Shown here piece after piece: positions 12,513 through 23,789 of a stretch of 64,000 nucleotides of DNA (position 1 is the first letter of the stretch; every line of letters begins with the position of its first letter). Source of the DNA: Lobosporangium transversale (taxonomy: Eukaryota); assembly GCF_002105155.1 (NCBI RefSeq), contig NW_019028988.1, forward strand, positions 682,001 through 746,000, given 5' to 3'. The position numbers were made by a program, and so were the translations under genes. The notes under the pieces were generated by a model. The model was not told the DNA's origin. It did no database searches and saw only the letters and a list, made by a program, of their open reading frames with translations.

Positions 12513-13880
12513 GATGCCCGCTCCCCTGTACCAATCATTGATAAATGAAGATAAGGAGAAGAAAGAAAAAAAAAAAAAATAGACAAGTGGACAAGATATG
12601 TGGATAGAAAGCGCGTTTTTGCTTTTCATCGTCCGATCGATGAGCTTTGAATAATACAGGGGTTTTTTTAGGATAAAAAAAAAATTTATAGCTTTTTAGT
12701 CGCTAAACTTAAACTCACCATGTGAACCACGACGGGGACGTCTGTACTTAGTGGCGGCCTCTGAGTGTGTAATAGGATCATTCGAGTTTTCGAAGGCTAT
12801 AGGCTTGCTGGACTGTTTATTGACCGCCATGAAAAGAAAAAAAGAAAAAAGTTAAATACATCTTCTAACGCCAATAGATGAAACCACTCAGATATTCAAA
12901 CATCGATTGGTTCTGTTGTTCAAACACACACGCCCCTCGTTTCCCCTTGCAAACACTTGACTCATCGCAGTGGTAAACATGTGTATTCTACACAACATTC
13001 CCTTGTTCCTCTCAGTTGTGTCTTTACCGCATGCAGGCGTAGATTATTTTTCAATGAAGCAGAAGACTCATGTTGAGTGAATGACACAGGCAACTGTACA
13101 TTAGCTGAACTGTGATATGTGCTACATGTATACACAGCGTCCTTTAGATCTGAACAGTTGCTCAACGGCTATTTCTTTTTTTATAACAAGTCTTTTATAA
13201 GAACGACATTCACTTCATTAAACCCCTTTTCCCTTTGTTTTCCCGGCATGTCACACTCCATTGTCAAACTATTTTTACAATGTTTCTCAATTGAATGGCG
13301 GTTGAGCTTCCTAGTCTCTCTCGGCATGGAAGCTAAGCCTAGTCTAACCCAATTAACTGGCTAAACTCTGGTCCATATTATCCATGATCATCGAATAATA
13401 AATAATGATGTGTTTTGGAAAGGGAAAATAGATGGTACGGCAATGGACATAAAAAGCAAAGTAAAACATGGCCACATGCTAGAGCAACAATTTTTTATCT
13501 CCTGAAAGTTCTTCCTTTCACAATTATATAATATTCACTTCTACACCATTAAGCCTTTCTTTTCATAAACGTAAACAGTAAAAAAAAAAAAAAAAACTTA
13601 CGTTGCCCAACGTTCTGTGTCGGCTGACATAATTAGTACTCGAATAATATTCATTAGCAGGAATATGGACCGAAGATATTTTGTTGTCCTGTTGAAATGG
13701 TTTCTGTTGAGTGCTGCTACTGTTATTATTGTTGGAGGAAGATGAAAATGAAGAATTTGCACCGGGATTGGAAATTCTATTGATGTCAATATCGGTATTG
13801 ATATCGATATTATTGTTCCTGTCAGAAGGAAGGGAAGAGTTGTCTACAGTCATGGTTGATGAGTCTTCGGTAATATTCAT
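9991..13880 (-). CDS. NTH1: Neutral trehalase (GH37); exons ~13880-13602, 12812-12719, 12371-10826, 10718-10512, 10396-9991
   Basis: EDTDGDFQITVND Ca-binding motif, VPGGRFNEMYGWDSY, RESGHDTTYR, QWDFPFGWAPHQ and EGFGWMNAS. A PKA-type RRGSHD site spans the exon 2/3 junction. Confidence 0.95.
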
Positions 13881-14764
13881 TGCACCTGGGGATTGAAAGA
13901 AAGAAAGAAAGAAAGGAGGAAAGGAGGAAAGAAGGAAAGGAATAAAGACAAAGAGAGGGAGGAAGAAATATGTATGAAAGTGTGTGTAATGTAAGGAAGA
14001 GAGGCGAGATCAGCCAGGCCAGGTCCCACACACAGAATATAAGAAGAGTAATAGCAATTAAAAACAGAATGAGAAATGATGACTCAGGGAAGGGATGACA
14101 AGCAAGGGGATATAGGAAATGAGTTTAAGGATGAAGAAGAAATGAAGGAAGGGAAAGAGAAAGAGAGTCATTTAAAAACGACTCATAATGTGCAGCAATG
14201 ATCATTAAAAAAAACCCTTTTTTCTTATAGTAAATCTGATTGAGTAAGATTCAATATCATGAGCAGATACACAGCACAAATGACATTCACGTCCGATCGG
14301 AAAATATAAAAAAAAAAAGGCTTACTGTTGATACTTATTCGTTCATGCTAATCGATGTTCAAGAATCGTATTATCAGCGAACTATGGTTATCCTACTCCG
14401 CAGAACAGAGGAAACAGACATGTTCTTTTGTATTGAAAGAAGTGGCATCATTCGTATGCTGTCATTCTTTCCATGTTTGTCTTAGTCAACTGTTCATTAT
14501 TTATTACTGTTTGCTTACACACGAACCCCCGCATCTCATTCTCGAGCTCGTTGATAACGCGCCCTAGATGAAGGCCCCATCTCATCTCATTTTCTCGATA
14601 TTTTGTTTGCCTTCATCTCTTTAAATATATTTATTCCTTACTTCTATTTTATTGTCACTGACACATTTTAACCCTTTTAGCCCATACAAGATCAGATACA
14701 ACTAGAGCACTCAAAGCTTCGATTTTGCGTTAGCGCGTCTATCTTGATCATCTTCTTGGTGGCG

Positions 14765-16022
14765 TCAAAAGAAATCATTGTTGTCGGCCCCAGCCATCAA
14801 ACGTGCTTCTTCCCATAGGGTTGTTCCAGTACAATCACAAATCTTCTTTGCATTCTCGAACACGCCTGCAGATCTTGCAATGATACCACAAATGATACCA
14901 TTTCCAGAGTTGCCGTCTTCTTTCGACTTGGCTACTGCCTCTGCAGGCCCAGTTTCCGTTCGTCCAAGATCATCTCCTCTTTCGGTCACCACCATGGATC
15001 GTCCAATGATATCCCAGACTTTGATCCGCTTGCTCTCCGATACGAGATCGCCCCATCCCTTTTCATCCACTTCCACATTCCCTAAATCACCAACGTGGCC
15101 CGTCTCATGATCACCATGGTCCACATTGGTTGGATTGTAATGTGGACCTGTTGTAGTAGCTCCACCTGAAGTATCACCCAATTCATGGATATGGATGCCA
15201 TGTTTGCCTGGGCTCAACCCCTGGACCGTTACATCGACCACACAGACGTCATTATTCACTTGTAGGAACCTTGCAAGGCCGTAAGGCTTCTTACTGTTTG
15301 GAGGAACAGTAACCAAAGGATCGTCTTGGTTGATATCAAGGATACACACAGCTGCTCCGGAGTGTGCACCTAATTAAAGAAACCCATATGAATAAAACGT
15401 AAAGAATAGGATATAGAAAATCAGATGGCAAAGAAAAATAGTGCATGTGCCACATTCCAGGTTTTTACAGCTCAAAATTAATATCAATCGTAATACACAC
15501 CCTGAGCAACGCCAGATCCGCGCACGATTACCATCTTGCCTGTGCTCTTTAACAGGCGTGAGATAGTTGATGGTGGTGCTGGGTTGACCAATTGCAATCC
15601 AAGAGATACATTCAAAGTAAAGGCAAGTTGAATGAGTAAAAAAAAAAAAGGAAAAAGAGTGACATTAAATTTGAGGAACGGAGCAGCGCAGCAGCAGCAG
15701 TCAAGTGAAGTCAGGCAGGATAGAATGCCAGCCTTCCTTCAAGAATATTCTCAACTTACCATTGCCTTCAACGACAACACGCTGTTCCTTAAGGTCAATG
15801 TCGTAGTTACTAATACCTTCTGCTCTGTCAAGAACCTTCTTCACATCCTTAACACATGACTCGCAGGTCATTTCGACCGCAAATTCGGTCTAAAACAAAG
15901 TTTCATGGTTCATTCTACTGGTGAGCCATTTGCCATTTATTGTGGTATGAAAGTTAACCAATGTAAAGGAGCGCATACATAACGAGCCTTTGTACCTTGA
16001 ATTCTGATGTTGTTTGCACCAT
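14765..16022 (-). CDS. CCS1: Copper chaperone for superoxide dismutase; exons ~16022-15996, 15889-15760, 15578-15501, 15369-14765
   Basis: HMA domain TEFAVEMTCESCV, SOD-like domain HGIHIHELGD...HVGDLGN...IIGRSMVV, and C-terminal ARSAG..KKICDCTG (CxC). Confidence 0.95.
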
Positions 16023-16184
16023 GGCTTTACTTTAATGAATTGCAAAAAAAAGAAAAGCATCGCAGAGATGCATCGAGAAGAAGGTATTGTGATATCACGT
16101 GCACTCGAGATTAAGAAACGTTTATTTAGTCTATGTTTTAGAAGGAACCATATGAATAAAACAGAAACACAAATGACGAGTCTT

Positions 16185-18622
16185 TTATCCTGTAACTGAA
16201 GCCTGTTGACCATATCCCAGTATCCAGAACCCAGCTACAAGTAGTGCTGTTCCAAGAACATCAATTAATGAGGTTCTATAAATTTTGTATTGGTAGACCA
16301 TGGATATATGGTTAGTACAGCTTTCATCTAATATGATTAATCAAATTGTAGTCAAATCAAAAAGGAGAACTTACAATATTGGCAGAGCATAGTTGTCAGG
16401 ATCATATCCATATTTCCAGAACGAAAGAGTGATCTGCTTTGCCAACACTAATGCGATGACCACAAGGCCCAGTGCTACTACTGCATAGCCAAACACTACA
16501 CTAGCACTCCATTGAACATCGCCCAATCCCAGTAAACCAATCACTGTCAGAAACAAGATCTCAATAGGGATGTGAACCAAGAACAGCGTCTTCTCCGTAG
16601 CACGATAGCTTTCTTTGACATTTGCATGTAGTGCTGTGCTGATCCTGCTCGCATATATAGAACCAATATTGCCTGTCAAACCGTTAAGAACGGGCGAAAT
16701 CATGGCCATTCCAGGAAATTGATTGATATATCTTTCCAGAGTGAGTCCTGCTGTGCTGGCAATCACCATGGCAGAGAATACTGGTCCCCACCCTTCCTTG
16801 ACAACCTCAGATACAAACTTGTTGCGGCGCACATAGTATAGCCACACAGGAATCAAAGAGAGGAGTATCGCCAGTAGAATAACACATAGTGATGTTTCTA
16901 AAACAATGGGTGAAAAGAGTGAAGGCATAAATTGAGTCGATTTTCATATTGCCAGACAGACTGCTGCTCCTTAAGTTCTTATCTGAAAAAAGAAAAAACG
17001 GAAAAGAGACGCCTCTAACGAAATACATACGGATGAATTTCACAAGGAAGGCTGCACAACTTGACAAAATCATAAGTGTAACCAAATCTCCGAACGAGGA
17101 TGCCAATGGGCATGCAATATTATCTATACGTTAAAGGTAAAAAGTTGGTATGTATGGCATCACTTGATTAATCAGTCCTTGAATCGCCTACTAATGATTG
17201 ATCTCCTTCATTCGATGAATTTGGATTGCTTACCTGGATTTACTCTGTAGTGCCTACAGATTAGGACAAGTGCGCACATAAAGCTACCAAGGACAAAGCT
17301 ACTGATGGACGCGCAGAGCATACTAGACGAGATCATTAGTGCAATCTCTTCTAGATTGTTGGTCGTCGGATGTACAATCATACCCAATGCAAACGAAAAT
17401 AGTCCAGCCACAGATCCAACCGTCAGTCCTTGCAGTTGCAGAAGAGCCAAATTTCCTTTGATGAATGCGTTGCGTGTTAATGGTGAGTCCAGTAGCCCCA
17501 TGTTACACTAGAAAGAAAGGATCGCGTGATCAACGTGATTCTTCATCAGAAGCATGTACAATAATCAATCAAACTTTGATCAAACAGCGATCAATAGCTA
17601 GCAGCATTTTAGAAATACTTACAGCTGTTGATAGTCGACTAGCAAGATTCATCTCTAGGTTGCCCTTCAGGTTGAGAAGGATAGGTATCAAAATAATAAG
17701 CTCAGAGATCTCAATGAAAACATCCCAATGCTATGAATTACACAGGATGAGGAATTTGAGAAAATGCGGTAATGAAATCTGTATTAGTCCAGCCTGATAA
17801 AATAAATTAGGGTGCACAGATGCACAACATCATATCATCATCACAGACGATCCGATCAACAAAAACATTTGTACCTGAACAGCATCCAATAGCCAGCCTG
17901 CACATATTAGTCCACTGACAGCAATAACCAATGTTGACGATGCCTTTTAATTATGGGAAGAAATAAAAATCACTGAATTAGAATAAAGGAAACAAAGTTG
18001 CGTGTTAACTCCTCTACTACGTTAGTTTTACTGCACTTACTTGCATCCATAATCCTTGATCTGGATCCCCTTCCTTTGCTGTTTCTACGCCTCTTCTTCC
18101 TGCCAGACAGCTCTCTTCTGAACCCAAGTGATCGCCTCCATCATCATGGTTTGGTTCCTCATATTCGAAGCTCTCACGCCCATATTTGAGTGATTCCAAG
18201 TCGTCCTCTGCTTCCTCAATAGAAACGACAGTGCTGCTACCATCGCCAGATGTCTCCCGATGAAAAGTATCTGATTGAGGGCGGGTAGAATCGCTGTTTC
18301 TCCTTAACTCTGCCTCATTCTCCGAGTCTGAATCAAAGCCATCGGCAAGGACATGTGTGGCGGAGATAGTAGTAGCCGTACCGTGCTCCTGTTGATCATT
18401 AGGGTTATTCGTGGACGTGGATTGACTGGCATCCCCATTGGTATTTGTGTGAGAGCCTCTTTGCTGATTCTTCAGGGATGTTTGATTTGAGGAAAAAGAT
18501 ATAGAGTTTGGATCGAGTTCTTCATCATCATGTATAGACCCTATAGAGCGTCTAGAGTCGAGGAGAGGGGTGTATGGTGCCTGTGTAAAGGTAGGCGTAG
18601 TGGAAGAGAGCAGCCGGGACAT
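16185..18622 (-). CDS. SLC41/MgtE-family divalent cation (Mg2+) transporter, multi-exon
   Basis: [54 protein letters not shown] and [18 protein letters not shown] motifs across exons; acidic low-complexity N-terminus. Confidence 0.92.
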
Positions 18623-18903
18623 GGCAAACGTTTTTGTGTGGAAGAGTGGAGAGGAAGGTATTTAGAGAATTAGAGAGAGAATGACTGGGGTTTTACGTCA
18701 AGATAGTAAGACAAAGGCAATTAACTAGATGCTTAGAGTGAAGGGACACACTGAGTGGAAGAAACAGCTGAGTGAAGATATTATGGCTTGAGGAGCAATT
18801 GCGATAGTAGCATAGAAAGAGCAATAAAGAAAGGGAGAGAGGTACAAGAATGCACAGAGAGAAAGAGAGAGAAAATACAATCTGAATGTAGTTGAGTGAA
18901 TTG

Positions 18904-18934
<31 letters not shown>

Positions 18935-19620
18935 GAAAGAGATGGTAATGATGATGACCCAGCCAGTGGTTAGAGAGAGCGTAACGGATGATGAAAATAA
19001 ATAAGAATAAAAAAAAAAAAAAAGAGAGAGAGAGAGAGAAAGGATGATGCATGCACTATTGTTAGTCCAATTGCACAATGTCAATGAATAAAAATGCCTC
19101 TAGCTCAGTCTATTTAAGAATGATGTGTAAAAATAATCACGGCTTTGCCCTTCCCAGAACTTCCTGCTTCCCGCTCTAGTGACTGCTGAAGCTTCCCCGG
19201 TTTCTTTGTGTCCAAGACATCAACCCTGGACACACAGACATGAATGATAATTGTCATCCATAGAGGGTGATGGCTCGCTTAGGACTTGTCGGATTTAGTA
19301 CTCTCAACAACTGCTGGAATCGTAACCAAACGCACCATATTCAAGATAAAGACTGCCCATTACTTTGAACGTAACACATGCGATCGGGCCATCCTGCATC
19401 TGCCAATCAGGTTGTTTGTCTTCCCACAACAGCTGTGATCTGTTGCTTGACATGTCTGCCTTGCAGAAATACACGAAGCAAGACGATCGGCAGTTGAAAA
19501 TCCTAAAAAAAACATTCTCTCATTTTTTTTTCTTTTTCCTTTTTCCATCCTTCATCATCTTCCTCTTTTCTTTCTTCTTTCCTAGACACTTCCTTCATCT
19601 CTACTTCCTCTCTTCAAGCC

Positions 19621-20811
19621 ATGACCTTCTTTGAAGCTACCTGCACCGCGCCCGTCAATATTGCCGTCGTCAAGTATTGGGGCAAGCGTGATACCTCCTT
19701 AATCCTCCCAACCAACTCATCCTTGTCTGTCACGCTCTCACAGGATCAGCTTCACTCCAAGACTACCATCCGTGCCTCGGCCGATTTCACATCAGACCGC
19801 CTTTGGTTGAACGGCATTGAGGAATCCATTGAGAAGAACAAGCGCCTTGTTGCATGTCTCCGTGAAACTCGTGCTCTTCGCGCTCAAATCGAGGCCAAGG
19901 ATGAATCTGCTCCCAAGTTGTCAGGATTGAAGATCCATATCTGCTCAGAGAATAACTTCCCAACAGCTGCTGGATTGGCTTCTTCTGCTTCTGGTTATGC
20001 CTGTTTGGTTTACACGCTCTCCAAGCTGTTTGAGTTGCCTCTCAATGCTTCGGATCTGTCAATTGTCGCTCGCCAGGGATCTGGATCGGCTTGCAGGAGT
20101 CTGTTCGGTGGCTTTGTCGCCTGGGAAATGGGCGAGAAGGAAGACGGATCGGACAGCAGAGCTGTTCAGGTCGCCCCTGAGACTCACTGGCCAGACTTGC
20201 AGGCTTTGATTTGTGTAGTCTCGGATGAAAAGAAGGGCACTTCTTCAACTGAGGGAATGCAATTGACTGTGAAAACGTCAGCCCTGTTGCAACATCGTAT
20301 CAAGAATGTGGTTCCCAAGCGCATGGAGGAGATGATCGCCGCTATTCACAACAAAGATTTCCCCCGATTTGCAGAACTCACCATGCAGGACTCTAACCAG
20401 TTCCATGCTGTCTGCCTCGACACCTACCCGCCAATCTTCTATATGAATGATATCTCAAGAGCCATCATCCGCATCATTTCGGAATATAATAAGGATGGTA
20501 TCAAGGCCGCTTACACATTCGATGCAGGTCCAAATGCTGTTATTTATGCTCCTCAGCAGAATATGCGGGAGATTTATGCTATTCTTTCACATTACTTCCC
20601 TGGCCACGCTTTCGAGGACTCCCTTGGATTGAAGAAGAACGACACTGTTCATGCGCTTCCTCAAAACTTTGATACGCGGGTCTCACCTGTCTTCTCCCAG
20701 GGTGCTGTCAAACAGATCCTGCACACCAAGGCTGATGACGGTCCTCGTGTCCTAGACTCTGCTCAGTATGGTCTTTTGAATGCTGAAGGCCTTCCCAAGC
20801 GTCTTGCTTAA
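19621..20811 (+). CDS. MVD1: Diphosphomevalonate decarboxylase (intronless)
   Basis: APVNIAVVKYWGKRD, NNFPTAAGLASSASG, ARQGSGSACRSLFGG, DSNQFHAVCLDT, AYTFDAGPNAV. Confidence 0.98.
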   Translation: MTFFEATCTAPVNIAVVKYWGKRDTSLILPTNSSLSVTLSQDQLHSKTTIRASADFTSDRLWLNGIEESIEKNKRLVACLRETRALRAQIEAKDESAPKLSGLKIHICSENNFPTAAGLASSASGYACLVYTLSKLFELPLNASDLSIVARQGSGSACRSLFGGFVAWEMGEKEDGSDSRAVQVAPETHWPDLQALICVVSDEKKGTSSTEGMQLTVKTSALLQHRIKNVVPKRMEEMIAAIHNKDFPRFAELTMQDSNQFHAVCLDTYPPIFYMNDISRAIIRIISEYNKDGIKAAYTFDAGPNAVIYAPQQNMREIYAILSHYFPGHAFEDSLGLKKNDTVHALPQNFDTRVSPVFSQGAVKQILHTKADDGPRVLDSAQYGLLNAEGLPKRLA

Positions 20812-20917
20812 GCGCACTTATTGTTCCCTGTCATATTTTTTCTTTCATTAATAAAACTTTCGCAACACTACGCCTTCTTATGTTTATTATGGCAAAGTAA
20901 ACTTGCTTACTCATTTA

Positions 20918-22249
20918 TTAATCCAAGTCCTCACCACCTAGCTAGACCTTATTTAGCTTCTTAAACTTGAACAGATGTCGAAGGACACGCGCTTCAATTG
21001 AATTATCCTGCTGTTCTTGATCGTTTATGACTTTTGCTTTAATCCAACTGCTCAATACATGATTAATTTTCTCGCTGGTATCAAGCCCTTAGATCCCGAC
21101 GTAAAGCGCCTCTAAATCATCACATAACCAAGAAGTCTTCTCGACCTCATCCATATCCATCACATGCTCCATGAGACTAAGGCTTTCAAGGCGAGGAAAT
21201 AGCCGAGGCCAAAGCTGAAGCATTCAGCCTGGACTTTAAAATCGCTCCAGCCTCTGGAAAGCTCCATCTATCCAACAGTTGGCCGAGGCCATTGATGCTG
21301 GCCTATAGGCGTGAAGACAAATCCATTTGTTTGGGCAGCGTGTAAGAGTGACGACCAAATCAACTGAAATTTCCTTGTACGGAATCGTCAAGGCATCCAG
21401 GCCGATAAATACGATAAATACATCGTGAATTGGAATGTGGCCTATCAAATCTCCTGAAATGGTGCCTATCTGAATGGCCGTCAATCTGGAGTACTATTTG
21501 GATACACTTTCCTTCAACAGCATAGTAGAGGATGCGCCGTGTGTTATTTTGCTCCATATCCTCCAGCGTTTCAAGTTTGGGAAGTGCATAATGATTGGCG
21601 GTTGACTGGAAAGCATGATATCTTCGATTCCTGGATGTAATTGTGTTACTCCGGTGTGTTGGGATTTATCATCGGTTAGGTTGAAAGTGAAGGATGTGGT
21701 CGCCACGTCAACGGTTGTAAGGGAAGGATAAGCTTGGAGAAGAGGCACGAATGACGATCCTGTGAGGCGCAGCCGCTTAATAGTAATTCAAGTCAATTTT
21801 GAATGCTCTCCCGTTGAGGTAGTTAGCGAATCTAGACAAAGGTATTTCATCGACGTCCGGGCTTTGTCGTGTTTAGACTTCAACGCGAGATCGGTCAGTG
21901 TTTCATGGTTTCGACGGATAAGGTCATGGCAAGCTGCATGGAAATGAGGATTCTTCATCATTTCAATATTTAATATTTTCAATCTGCTGCCAATTAGGTG
22001 TTGCACTAATAAATCCGGCTGTGTCTGAGTATTCACATTCCTGATGACTCGAACATGATATGCAAACTTGCGAATAGTCGAAGTATCCAACTGTGCAAGC
22101 CTTGGATAGGCTTTGAAATCAACCATATGCTAGATAGAATATGTAAAGGCTCGAATGGAACCTTTGGAGACAAGAGTGGCATCATTAACTGAGACGAAGA
22201 GTGCCACTCTGTTTCGAATTTCAGGGACGTTTAGTGGGCTATCAAACAT
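20918..22249 (-). pseudogene. Full-length F-box/RNI-like family pseudogene (copy B), 444 codons in one frame with 7 internal stops
   Basis: One frame runs from MFDSPLNVPEIRNRVALFVS (F-box-like start) through I*HMVDF, HFPNLKRW and RLESLSLMEHVMDMDEVEKTSWLCDDL to SIEARVLRHLFKFKKLNKV*LG. ORF-track pieces 22126, 21748 and 21484 are all in this frame. Confidence 0.8.
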
Positions 22250-22399
22250 AACCGTAAACGTCTTGGAAGTGCTTACGAAAAGCAGTTAGGGTAATTGATG
22301 TGAGAGGAAACTAGGCTCGTCACCAGCCTGAGGACGAAGCGCACGTGTGTGCACACATGCTGCAAGGCAGCAGTGCCTAAAAAGGCAATTGGGTGGCTC

Positions 22400-22895
22400 G
22401 CTTCTCTTGCAGGCTGGAATCAAAAGTCGACTATTAGCTGACGACTCCTTTTTTTTTTGATTTTTAATTTTTTCAAAGTCCAAAATCGTATGGAGGAGCG
22501 TACAAAACACATGTAACCTACAATCATGCTGAGATATATGAGGACACATAAATTGAGCATACAAACACCTCATACTCCATAATCAGGTCTCGTTTCGTTA
22601 AAACTCTTTTCTCCCAACCTTCCAGCGTACTCTAATTTCACAGCTCTAAGACACCAGCAAACAAAAATGGTATTGATCGTGAATGAAGGTAATGATTGCC
22701 ATGAAGGCGTTGGGAATAATGTTCTGGTGGATGTTTGTATGTCCAATTTATGTGTCATATATCTCAGCATGATTGTAGGTTACATGTGTTTTGTACGCTC
22801 CTCCATACGATTTTGGACTGAAAAAATTAAAAATCAAAAAAAAAAAGGAGTCGCCAGCTAATAGTCGACTTTTGATTCCAGCCTGCAAGAGAAGC
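22400..22895. repeat. Fold-back/MITE-like element: ~165-bp inverted arms (22400-22567, 22732-22895) around a ~165-bp spacer
   Basis: The arms are reverse complements with a few substitutions and 2-3-nt indels. No coding capacity and no clear TSD. Confidence 0.9.
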
Positions 22896-22919
22896 ATCTG
22901 CAAGATCAAGCCACCCACT

Positions 22920-23200
22920 ACCAGACTTGATAGATATAGAACTCTTCAACTGGTCCCCGGCTATAGCATTACAAGAATGAATGATCTTTGATTCCAAAGC
23001 TGAAGCATTGAAGATACCAACTTGGCCAAATTTACAAAGATCGTCGTCAATCATAAGCAACGGGTATTTAGTTGACTAAATAATCTGCTATAAAGAAGCA
23101 TAGTGAGTTGATAATGACGGGATTAGGTGCTAAACCCATGATTCCGTATGTAGATTGTCGAACTCATTCTTCGGATTTTACTATGGCGACCGCTGATCAA
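22920..23200 (+). pseudogene. Possible third, highly decayed fragment of the same F-box/RNI-like family
   Basis: Fragments KIPTWPNLQR and GLGAKPMIPYVD loosely resemble HFPNLKRW and GLDALTIPYKE of copies A/B; several stops. Confidence 0.3.
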
Positions 23201-23789
23201 GTGGTTGTGATCCGTTTAAACGGGGCCCGACTCACCTATGGGGATATCTAACTAAGTGATGGAGAAAATTTGAAAAGTAAAAATGGCAACCCCCACCCAT
23301 TCTACATCTATGCTGTCAGGGAATTGCAGTATATCGATGGTGGGGTCGGTTGGACCCATAATTAAAAACTAAAATGAGTGGGATACAAATGGTTACGTGT
23401 TGAATAGCAAGAGGCACGATTCTCTTTGTCTGTGTGTCCATGCTTGCATGTGTATACAGAACACATGTTAATAATAATTCTTTGACGTACGCCCTAGCCC
23501 TGTCGCCCCCTTCTTTTTCCCCTTTCCTTCCTCCCTGTCACTTCATTTCTTGTGGATCGTACAACTTTATTAACAAGAGTCTAGTCTAGTCTAGTCCACA
23601 CAACCAAGACCACATTTAAAAAAAAAAAAAAAAAAAAGCTCATTCCATTTCATTTTTTCATTTTATTTTCCCATCATCCTTCCTTCCTTCCTTCATCTTT
23701 ATCTTCTTTTCCTCCTTTTTTCTCTTTTTCTATTCGCACGATTTCCCCAACGTTTTGCTTGTACCCAACATCCAAGCGATCATTACAAC

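Noticed and set aside
19200..19500. Sterol-response-like motif (reverse complement ATCACCCTCT near 19262-19271) upstream of MVD1
   Set aside because: Imperfect short match expected by chance; no conservation data.
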